A model generated the notes under the pieces. It had not been told where the DNA came from and did no database searches. It saw nothing but the letters and a program-made list of their open reading frames with translations. Both the position numbers and the translations under genes were made by a program. Positions 52,677-64,000 of a DNA stretch of 64,000 nt are shown here, in pieces. Numbering within the stretch: position 1 is the stretch's first letter; each line of letters begins with the position of its first letter. Origin of the DNA: Amoeboaphelidium protococcarum X5 (lineage: Eukaryota; Fungi; Aphelidiomycota). The stretch lies in the NCBI GenBank assembly GCA_023515725.1, contig JALDTO010000098.1, positions 1,762,164-1,826,163 of the forward strand, written 5' to 3'.

Positions 52677-53762
52677 GAGAAAATGTATTCATCTCCATGG
52701 AGATACGCGTAATTCATCTCCAAAAAATTATTCATCTCCAAGTCGATTTTCAAGTTCGGGTTCGGCGTACATTTCTGAGAAATGTTTCACTAATTTGTCA
52801 AAACGTCTACAGCTACTTTTATACACACCATAGTCAATTCGAACTGTATACCATTTGGAAGTGGCTTGTCGATTATTATTCAGAGCTTGTGTAAGTCTGT
52901 TAGTACTATACGATTTGTCGCCGTGTGTGGAATTCATGCACTGTAGTTATTTACAGTATTTGAATACTTGTTATGCATGAAATGGCGTTCAATGCCGCTA
53001 AGCATTTAAGCGTAAGAGAATGGTGGTTTAGATACTACGATCTATAATTGTTTTGATACATACAGTATACCTTACATTAAGCAGTCATTCGTCTGGACGG
53101 GTCGAAGCTTTGAGCGCGTATTCCCAATCCACTTCCTTAAAATGTTGGATTAATTTGAGTGGCCATGTCTTGTCGAACAAAAACAGATTGAATATGTAAG
53201 TGAACATTTTATCCAATACTTAATAGCGGCTGCAGCTCGCAACTGTGAGTCTTTCTACTCTCATGATAATGTGGAAATGTAAACTTAACTGGCATGTCCG
53301 AAAATCCACTTTAGATGAACTATCAATCTTCCGCTTGCTTAAGTTATAGTTATCAAACCTTGCTGAAGGTACAAGATTAATAAAATCTCTTCTTATTTAG
53401 TATATTCAGTAATAGAGCCTAAGCGTTATACACCTACGGTATTTCTAATTTTCGGTGAGACACAGACTTTTCTTAATGCACCACATTTGTGGTCGCATTT
53501 ACACTTTATAACCATTTACCACCACTGACATACGGGCAAAGCATTATATGCTCGGAAGAGTCAACTCTAAGAATGAGGCACTGTGATGGAATATTGAGTA
53601 AGGAGATGTAGATGTGTCATCTCCAATTCTGGAGACATGCACTAAAGTATTAAACTCCATGTGATAAAAACGTGAAAATAAACAGCGCGATAATTGAATG
53701 GAGATGAATAATTTTTTGGAGATAAATTACTCGTATCTCCATGGAGATGAATAATTTAACCC
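52677..53762 (-). mobile_element. Non-autonomous Mutator-like (MULE) DNA transposon, 1086 bp
   Basis: The 55-bp TIR cores (52686-52740 and 53699-53753) have 2 mismatches and extend to G termini. The 9-bp TSD is TTATTTATA (52668-76) / ATATTTATA (53763-71). Internal relics CKCDHKCGA and CMNSTHG are interrupted by TGA codons. Confidence 0.85.
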
Positions 53763-53826
53763 ATATTTATATTCCAAGATTTGATTGATTATAAGATTGA
53801 ATATGAACCAAATCAAGTTATAATAT

Positions 53827-54483
53827 ATGATCTCTTTCAAGAATTTGCCTGATCTGGTGCTTTTGACTATTATGCAGTATCTTAACCGTTCATCCAGAGA
53901 TAGACTTAACTATATCATGTTGGACAAGCGCGTACATTAAGTATGCAAATATTATTTGACTGAAATCGTAATCTTAACGCGTCAACTGTAAGTTGAACAA
54001 TTGGTGGATATTATGAAGAGATTATCTGACGCAAGTCATATCATAGATAAGTATATTCATTTCCATGCCCCTATTAAATGTCTGGTTATGAAGAACATTG
54101 CTCCTCCTCTGCCAGTTGACAGTCGTCTGCAAATTTGGTTTGAGCTGTTTCAGTTGCTTGGCGATCTGAAACAGGTTGATATAGTATTCGTTTAGTAGTG
54201 TGATTTGTATTTTAAATCTTAAATTCTATTGCATAAAGTGCAGTATCAAGTCGAAGCATTGGACAATTTCGAAAGTTTCCTACTGCGTCAGATGAAATGT
54301 GGAAATGTTTAGAATCTGAAGTGTATGAGAAGATCGACTCACACTCAAGCTTGCTTTGACTTGGACCCACCTGGTCCATCTGATACTTTGGACTATTTAG
54401 TGGTTGGTCATGATAAAATATCTGATCAATTGTTATAAAGAGTGCGTAGGAGGAGCGAGAAGTATTGCGCATATCCAAATTGA
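53827..54483 (+). CDS. F-box-like protein, ~218 aa (alternative in-frame ATG at 53803)
   Basis: FKNLPDLVLLTIMQYL F-box-like N-terminus. Open under code 6. Confidence 0.6.
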
Positions 54484-54797
54484 CGCGTAAATAATAATGT
54501 TGCTGCTGCAAGTCAATGCCCCTCAAGTCAAGATGCAATAATCAAATGAACTGTTGGTGACTTGGAGAATAAAAATTATTTCTTTTAATAAAATAAAAGC
54601 ACTTGTAACACTATATATAGAATGTCTTTATTATTCGGATAGAATAAGTAGTTAATGTTTGTCAACTCGGACATGATGATACGCGCTGTAGTATTTGAAA
54701 GAACTGAACACCATAACTGCAGCGAGTACTGTAATCTTTCTCATTCGCGCGAAAAAGGCTAAAAGATCTCATTGAAAATTATCAGTGATAAGATAAA

Positions 54798-55605
54798 ATG
54801 AAACTGAAAAGAACTAAATAGTATAGAAAGACTCTTTAGTTATATGAGACTCATTTTGGCTTTCACTAGCCATATCTCATTTTAGGTAAGTGTATCGTAT
54901 GATTCCTTTGGCGCGATAGATATCTGATGAGTGTGTATTGTAGTGGATGGTACATTTTTGCATGCCGTTCAATCGAAAAAGTAATCAATAGTGGATATCA
55001 TCTAGACGGCTATAAATGCTCAAGTAAAAGTCTTTGTAACACCATGTATACTGGCAGAGCTGAAGAATTTATTGGCCTTACTAAAAGGTAAGGAGGAGTA
55101 CTCAGCAATGCTATCGACCGTGCAATTAGCTAAATCATGCGACCTGCGAATATGCAAACATCACCCAACTCTTAGTGGTAGTGAATGTTATAAAGATATC
55201 ATTGGCGATAGAAATAACGCGCGATTTATAGTGGCCACTCAAGATGATGATTTGAAGTCTCACCTCAGATCGATTGGGTCAGTAAGTGGCAATCCTGTTC
55301 CTCTTATTCATCAGAATCGGGCCGTTACTGTTCTGGAGTCTGCTAATCGCTACGTCATAGAGCGGGTGCAGTAAATTGAAAATGACAAATTTCAAGTAGT
55401 ATCTCGTAAAGATGAATAGGATAATGGAAATGTCATACAGCCATTGAGACTGAAGCGAAAACGCGCTAAAGGTCCAAATCCTCTCAGTTGTAAGAAGCCT
55501 AAAGCACGCGATCCGTCCAAGGTGGCTACTGATAATATCTCCATCAAAAAATTTATAGATCCTGCTACTAAGAAAATCATTATAAACGAACACGAAAATG
55601 CGTGA
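54798..55605 (+). CDS. UTP23: rRNA-processing protein UTP23 (PIN domain), 249 aa; intron 54886-54943
   Basis: MKLKRTKQYRK...FGFHQPYLIL/VDGTF, FIVATQD and KRAKGPNPLSCKK. Confidence 0.94.
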
Positions 55606-55759
55606 ATAAATATTCAATTGATCATATATAAATCTTTCAAGTATCTCTTCGACTACTAACTATTAAGTTCCTACCCCGCATAAATCACAATTTACTAGAC
55701 TTCTTATTGCTGATGTGAGATGATGATGACGATGACTAACTCTCACTACCTACAGCTAG

Positions 55760-56799
55760 TCAATGACCAGCCTTCTCCTTAGCAAACGATACTCCCTTGT
55801 CAACGTTCCCTTTCAGATCCTTGAGGCAAGTCTCCAGCAAAGACTTCTCGTAATCGCTAATAGTGCCCACTGGGTGAATCTTCTCCACACCATTTCTACC
55901 CAGCTCAACATTGGAAGAGAAAAATGGGATTCCATTAGACTTTTCATACAGGTCCGACTTGACAAAAGATGGCTCCACAATACCAGTCTCGCCATTCAAA
56001 GCGCGCACTACAGCTAAAGCAAATCTGGCACCAGCATACGCCATAGACAAGGTGGCACTTCCAGCTCCATCTTTAGCTTTAACAACTTCATCACCACCAA
56101 ATTGAATGCGGTTAGTTAATGCCTTAATTTACTCTTCGTTCAGTTGACTAAATACCGGAGTCTGAGACAGCAATGGCACGATAGTACCACCACTGTGACC
56201 TCCGACAACATTAACTCTCAACTCGGCAGGATTCACAGATGGCAAAATGTCAGCGATAAATCTGCTTGAGCGAACAACATCCAAGGTGGTTACACCAAAC
56301 AGGCGCTTCGGATCGAACACTCCTTTAGCACTTAGCACCTCAGCCACAATAGGTACAGTGGAATTAACAGGATTAGTAATCACAAGGACCATAGCTTTCG
56401 GACAATGCTGTGCAATACCAGAAGCAATGTTATGAATAATTCCAGCGTTAATCTTGAACAAATCATCTCTGGACATCCCAGGCTTGCGAGCAACACCAGC
56501 AGTGATCACAACAACTTGCGCTCCTTGTAGAGTCTACGGCAGCTAATCCTTCTCAGGATTCTTGGTATCTCCAAGGTATCCGGAGACTTTACTAGCGGTA
56601 TTTACATGGCTGAGATCACACGCAATGCCCGGTGTATTGACCAGATCGTACAATGCCAACTCAGTGATCAAGTGTGACTGCTTCAATAGCAGAGCCAGCG
56701 GCTGACCAATACCTCCTGCAGCTCCAATAAGTGCAACCTACATTACTCGCCATACGATGTTTAATTAGACGGTTTTAGTGCTAAGTAATATACCTTCAT
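55760..56799 (-). CDS. MDH: NAD-dependent malate dehydrogenase, 327 aa, no presequence; intron 56738-56793
   Basis: [39 protein letters not shown] and GGHSG. Confidence 0.95.
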
Positions 56800-57211
56800 A
56801 GTTATTTTATTAATAGTAGAATGTATGTTCAAAATACGATGTGTAAAGACAGAATTCGACGTACAAAGAAACGAGAGCTCTGACGCGCTTTGAAGTTTCA
56901 GATTGGGCACGATTAGTTCACATGTTGAGCATTGCATGACCCCCGATATGACACTTGCACGTATGTATATCAATCATAGTAATATTTGGACTATCACTTA
57001 TAGGAGAATGATAATTGTGTAAAACACTACTTTTTTCAAGATCTTTGATGTTTATCAATCTGAAATTGTGTTTTAAAGATTCTTCTGAAATGCAACAGCT
57101 CAAACAAAACCAAGAGTTTACTGACAAAACAAGTAATAAAAACATGATAATATTATTTTACAACCTTTAATACCTTTAACAACAATTTCGATATCCATTA
57201 ATGTAAGACTT

Positions 57212-57592
57212 TCAGCGCGCTCTACGCGCATTGGCACGACCACGAGCAGCATTACGTATTGGTCTGATGTTCGTCAAGCCATTTAATATTTGATCAATGT
57301 CTTGGCGTTATGCAAGCTGTTCATTTTCGATGCGAACCAGAGTTTGATTCATCTCATGCAATAATGCCAAAATATCAGCATTGTTTACATTACCAGCAAG
57401 AGCACGGTGTTCAGCACGATGTTTCAACAATTGACTCTCAGAGATAGCATCTACGTCGGCTGGAGGCAAGACAACATCATAATTCATAACCAACGCCTGA
57501 TTATACACCTTGGCAGAGTGACGAACTTAATTACAAATATCTTGATTATTATTGCCAGTATTTTACACAGCCTAAGGAAACTAAGGGTTCAT
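57212..57592 (-). CDS. Hypothetical protein, 126 aa, with coiled coil and Arg-rich tail
   Basis: ATG to TGA open under code 6. Includes ORF-track fragment 57308-57508. Confidence 0.6.
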
Positions 57593-58713
57593 ATTGATTA
57601 AAATATTTTGTAAGATTGACCAGTAAAGTTAATTGCTGATGAGATTTACGGAGAATAGAGAGAAAGAAGAAGCACAGTCCTGAAAACGAAAGAAGTCATC
57701 AACCAGGTGAAACGAAACACACAATAATGTCCCATAATACGGACATTTCCCATCATCAACAACGCTTTATTTCGAAGCGTTTAATCGCCAGAATTTGTTA
57801 CCTTACCATCTTATAAGTATGTTTTTCTTTATAAATTCGCGTCAAAGTTTTAAAGGTAAATTGTAATCTTTCTGGTAGCATTCGTTCTCTAGTTCCAATC
57901 TCAAAAGATACCACAAAGTTCCACGCTTACATTTTAAAAAGCAAAAACGTTTATATATGCAATTCATTATTCAACTTACCAGGCAAAATGTGCTTCATTT
58001 AATTTTCACCAAACTTACTTTGCTGTGAGAGGTCCATTCTCTCAGCATATCAAGCTCCCATATTCTAAGGATAAGATATACATGAGATCAAGCTGAGTTG
58101 AATTATCTTATCTAATCTACACTTTGACGCCGTAAGTATAGATCTAGAAAAAGCAATAATTGGAAACAGTCCACCATCATGATTAATGCAAATGACAGTG
58201 ATACACGGTGCTGTAAAGTTAGAACAGCTGGATCTTGATCACTTGAGCCGTGAGAGAATTTAGGCGTGGGAAAATAAAAGTCGTCTATCAAACAACAATT
58301 TTGAGTTGTGATCAGAGCTTATCAACTATTTTAATAGCAGGCATAAAGAATACGAAGAGTTGAGCTCACCAGCGTACGTTAGCCACGCATGAAATTTCAA
58401 ATCTCATTGAAATGCATCGATGCCGAGAATCTGGGGGAAGCCGAGGAGCGATGATGCAAAAACAAACAAAGAGTCACGTCAGAATCAGCGCCGATTCACG
58501 CCTTGTTGTACTTTCTCTCGTAATCATTTTCTGATTTGTGTCAGTGTTTGGTCTCACGCTCTTATCAACAACTCCTTAGATTACGCACATTTTGAGTCAT
58601 AACTGCATTGGCACTTTCTCTTCTCTGCTGGAATCTATTACAACAACTGTTGAATTCGCTACTCTAAACTATCTCTACTGCTACCACTACTACTTCTTAA
58701 TTTCTTGATTACA

Positions 58714-59148
58714 ATGGACGCTGACTGGTGCATTTGCGGAAAGAAAACCAATAACAATTCTCTCTACTGCTCTGTGGATTGCTACTTTGTTGAACTTCGA
58801 AAATCTAATGTGCAGGACAACTTCTACTTGAACATATTCTCTGCGTCCTCAGAAGTTCTGGGTTCCAAAAAGGCTGTATACACCTCTTCGTATGATATGC
58901 TCTCTCCTCCGTCGCAGTCCAATGCCGCGGACACCGTGGGAAAGTTTTTCAAGCCTCCTCAGGTCGCCAGTCAGAAACATTCCTCCGCCGCTCCCTTGAA
59001 GTAGTTGGCGTGTTGTTGGCAACAGAAATCGCCCTGTAAAGTTAGACAAATGAGTTCAATTCCTCCTCCTTTAATCACTGATGATTTATCTCCACCTGAA
59101 TATGTGACTCGTCTACGTATAGATACACGTATGTAGTCTATTCGATGA
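58714..59148 (+). CDS. Ecl1-family (extender of chronological lifespan) Zn-binding protein, 144 aa
   Basis: DWCICGKKT...LYCSVDC four-Cys motif at the N-terminus. Confidence 0.72.
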
Positions 59149-59493
59149 TCTTGTGTTAGTTTATATTAGGTGTACCGTGATGATTAGAATTTTAAGGAAT
59201 GAATTTGAAATGAATTGAAATTGTGTTATTATTGTCTATGCTAAACTTAAATCGAAACTTTTTCTATAAATTGAGACGTCAAGTTTTGAGCAATTTCCAA
59301 GCTCATGCTACCTTCAAGCGGTTTATATAAGTGTGCTTTATATGCTGAAACTTTGTCAATCTGTGTGTAAACAGTGCTAGTATCAAATTGTATACCTGTC
59401 CATGAAACTTGAGTCTGATTGAGCCTCTAAGAGGCGCGTTTAAGGTTGATCGCTCGATGAAGAAAGAGACGCTTGTAATGCTTTCTCCTTTAA

Positions 59494-60606
<1,113 letters not shown>

Positions 60607-60883
60607 ATGAAACATCGATATATTTAAATATCAGTACCGTGACTGCCACTCTCACTAAGTGTCTTTGATTTTCCTTTATTCTTAAGACACACTACCAAGC
60701 CATTTCCTAATGCCACATGATCGCTCTTGGCGAAATGTAACGTGCTAAGGGTCTCTATGATTGGAAGAGTAAGTCGCTACTTTTGCGCTCTTTTACAAGT
60801 TGGAGGATAGTCCGATCATCATCATATCTATTGTAATTCTTAATTCATTATAACGATTAATATTCCAAAGAATTTAATAGGAT

Positions 60884-61939
60884 ATGGACAATGTTCAGTC
60901 AGACTTGAAGCCTACTATGCTTGATATGTTTCTTCGGAATCTACCATAATCTGAATTTGAGAATGCGTTATTCGCTGCAGATCTCAGGTAAACAGCTATT
61001 GTCACCATGGACCGATCGCGATATAATAATAAGAATAACAAGAGTAATCGGGAGTAAACGCGTGATATTAATCAGTAAGGTAACAGTCTGTTAGATGATA
61101 AAGAGAGAAGGCGTCTCAAGACGCGGATAGCATTAAAGAAGAGCGGATATGTGCTGGATAGGGAGGAGATTGTGCTGAAGAAGTTTTCATCAATGCCTCA
61201 TCTCGCGCCGCGGATAGAGGAACAATCATCTCCACAATCTGCGAAATCTTAATTTATAAAGCATGGTAATAATATAGATAGGGATGATAGTAGTGGTTGC
61301 GCCTCATCTCCAATACTGTAATTATCTAGAGACGAGTAGTCATCGCCTTCTATGACGATATATAGCGAAAAGTCTGTCTAGACGCGTCCGGTTTAAAATT
61401 CCATCTAAGATTACTTCCTCCCTCTATTGCACGTGTTGCAAGCTGACAATATCGATTAAGCTGTGATACGACCGAATCAGCATAAAAGGGTGGTAAGTAG
61501 TCAGGATATCGTGCTAATTGATGAGCCATGCCGAGCGGAAGTCCTCACTGATATGTCACTTTTAGATGAGTTGTCTCGGTAAAGGCCTGTCAGCGTGGCG
61601 ACCTCATTCACATCTACTCTAAGCTCAACACTATCGCCTGTGAATAATAATACCGTCGCTGAAGACTCTGCGATACTAAAGTCGAAGTCGTCCTCTCCTG
61701 TAGATTCATCGCCAACATAGACGCGATCTAATAATACCTTTGCTCAATATTCAGATTTATCATCATCTTCACCCGCCGCTTCCTCCTCTCCCTCATTGTC
61801 CTCGGAATCGCTCTAGTAGTAGTAGCATTAAATAATAAGCATAAGCCAAGATTTAATTGAAGATGTGCGAAATAAGGTTACCGCTCCTGGTAAAAGTGCA
61901 TTTGATACCCTTTACGAATGTTTAGATCCTCACCTCTGA
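60884..61939 (+). CDS. Hypothetical Ser/Gln-rich protein, 351 aa
   Basis: ATG 60884 and TGA 61937 are in one frame under code 6. Low complexity. Confidence 0.65.
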
Positions 61940-62177
61940 CATTGATAAATAAAAATTTAAATTTAATGAGATTATATATTTGTTCATTATTAGAGATAGT
62001 TGTTCTAAATAAGTGTATTTTATGAATACTTATCTTGATGAGGACCGGTGGCCTCTCTCTCTCTCTCTCGTTGTCTCTTACCATTCGTCTTATTTTGGAA
62101 CGATTTGATCTTCAGCGTCAAACCGTCGATTGTGATATTTCTTTTTGAATCGTTTTAAATTGAATAACTTATAAACA

Positions 62178-64000
62178 ATGCCGTTTCGCGTCGTTGGTCT
62201 CATAAGGTAGGATATTTTGCTTTTATAGTGTGTATATCATTAGATGATAACCAATACTTTAACTGTGCACTAAATGTAGTGGTGGTAAAGACTCTATATT
62301 CAATCTGATTCATTGTCAATAGAATGGGCATGAACTGGTGTGTCTTGCCAATTTATATCCCCACTAGATGGACTGTGAAGAGATGGACAACTACATGTAT
62401 CAGACGGTGGGACATGATGTAATACCTATGATTGCGCAATGTATGGATCTTCCATTGATTAGAGAGCCACTTAATGATGCTCATAGTTCTTAGAGTGGTA
62501 GTGACGCGTCTGATCGTGATTAAAATGACTTGGGCGCTTTGTATCGCCTATTATACCGAGTTAAATCGTAATATCCTCATGTGGACGCAGTATCAGTTGG
62601 TGCTATAGCATCAGACTATTAGAGAGTGCGCGTGGAGTCTGTGTGCTCACGTCTTGGTCTACGCTCTCTGTCTTATTTATGGAATCAGCCTTAAATTGGT
62701 ATACTGCGATAGATGTTGCGGTGCAATATGAAGATTCTTATAGTAAAAACTGCGGCTTATGGTTTAGATGCAGATAAATATTTGGGTAAGATTATAGATG
62801 ATAATATGGTGTAATCCTTTACGAAGATGAATACAGAGTTTGGATTTCATGTCGCTGGAGAAGGTGGTGAATATGAGACGTTGGTCCTGGATTGTCCTCT
62901 GTACACATGTGGTTCAATTGTATTACATGAAGTAGAAGTTCCATAGTAAATAAAAGTTGATGAGTACACTAGTTATATCAAGTTATCCTCTGGCAATCTC
63001 TAAATTATCAAGTGCGTTGATGGTTCTAAATCTGAGCTAGAGATGGACTTGATACCTCCTAAAGACTTCTTCATTAATGAGATGATTGCTGAATAAGCTC
63101 AGTTCTTAAAATCTGGATTAGTTGAGAGTTCTGTAACACAAACACTGCCCATAAATACTCTCCATCTTGATGATGCGAATGCTAGTAAGTAAAATTAGGG
63201 ACAATTCGTTAGATCATCATTTCAGTTAAAGGTCAAAGATCCCTCATAATATGACTAGGAAGTATTATAGTTTCTCTCTAATGCCAAAATGTAATTCATA
63301 AATGCTGAGCCGTAGTATTTGTAAATCGTGATGGTCTATGTTAAACTACGTGATCTTCCATCAAACTTTGCCAGATTTAATGCTCAGTATAAGCGCTGCT
63401 TTGAACAATAATATGAGAACGATTATGATTTTACACCTGATATGGAGCCGCCATGTAGAGCTTGCGTTGGATGTGATAATATGGACTGCGATGTCGAGCT
63501 TGAAGTCACAGCGTATAAAATGCCTGTAGGTGATAATATTAAGTGTCTGTCAAAGCTGTGTAAGATGCATGTTTAGAGTCTATCCTACTGGGCTCCGTGT
63601 AATATTGGTCCGTACTCTTAGCTTATTTCTATTCCATCATCGATTGAACATGGATAAGATGGAGCATTACGACTGCATTGTGGTAGAGTTTACATTGCCG
63701 GTCAGATTGGTTTAATTCCAGAGACGATGAAATTGGCTGATGGCATCTTGCAGCAAATGTATTGGTCGCTTTTAAATACATTTTAGGTGATCAATGCAGG
63801 ATTGTACAGAGGCGTATCATTAAGACATTTTGATGGCTAAAGTTTTGGGCCTATTGTTTCGTAGTGGCTTGAGTAGAATCTTTTACTTTAATGCATATGC
63901 TACTATGACATGGAGCAATGCAAAGGATGGAATCTGAAAGAGACTTGGCGGTTATGTCTGAACTAACTCTGTGGCATAGAGCGTGATTAATATCTTCCGT
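62178..64000 (+). CDS. DPH6: Diphthine--ammonia ligase with C-terminal YjgF-like domains; intron 62207-62279; runs off the window
   Basis: VVGLIS/GGKDS, MYQTVGH, GAIASDYQRVRVESVC, AGEGGEYETLVLDCPL and HVQSLSYWAPCNIGPYSQ. Confidence 0.93.

Noticed and set aside
57970-58050. U1 snRNA-like ACTTACC
   Set aside because: No U1 stem-loops or Sm site follow.

Overview
This is a gene-dense eukaryotic nuclear window with about 38 protein-coding genes, short intergenic gaps and few introns (54-73 nt). The supplied ORF track is fragmented because the genome uses a non-standard code: TAA/TAG encode Gln and TGA is the only stop (translation table 6). Read this way, fungal/opisthokont-type genes become intact: NAR1, LEU5, UBR1, MRPS12, TBCE, RPP2, SPR, RPB7, RNA15, GOT1, MED6, MTRR, EPS1-like PDI, QTRT2, DBP4, VPS11, ClpX, RPC11, UTP23, MDH, ADO1 and DPH6. 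This combination points to an aphelid such as Amoeboaphelidium protococcarum (inference). The main anomalies are: (1) all 10 well-supported introns end in TGTAG; (2) a kinase-less Hippo/MST SARAH exon lies back-to-back with a GOT1 gene lacking its usual first exon; (3) a complex I accessory gene has TGA at a conserved Trp; (4) a receptor-like kinase has a propeller ectodomain and a C-terminally truncated kinase domain; (5) MTRR lacks its flavodoxin domain; (6) RPB7 has two large insertions; (7) there is a Mutator-type element with TIRs and a 9-bp TSD; (8) there is a 186-bp tandem repeat with a structured 109-nt core. All translation and coordinates were done by hand, and family calls come from remembered motifs rather than database searches.
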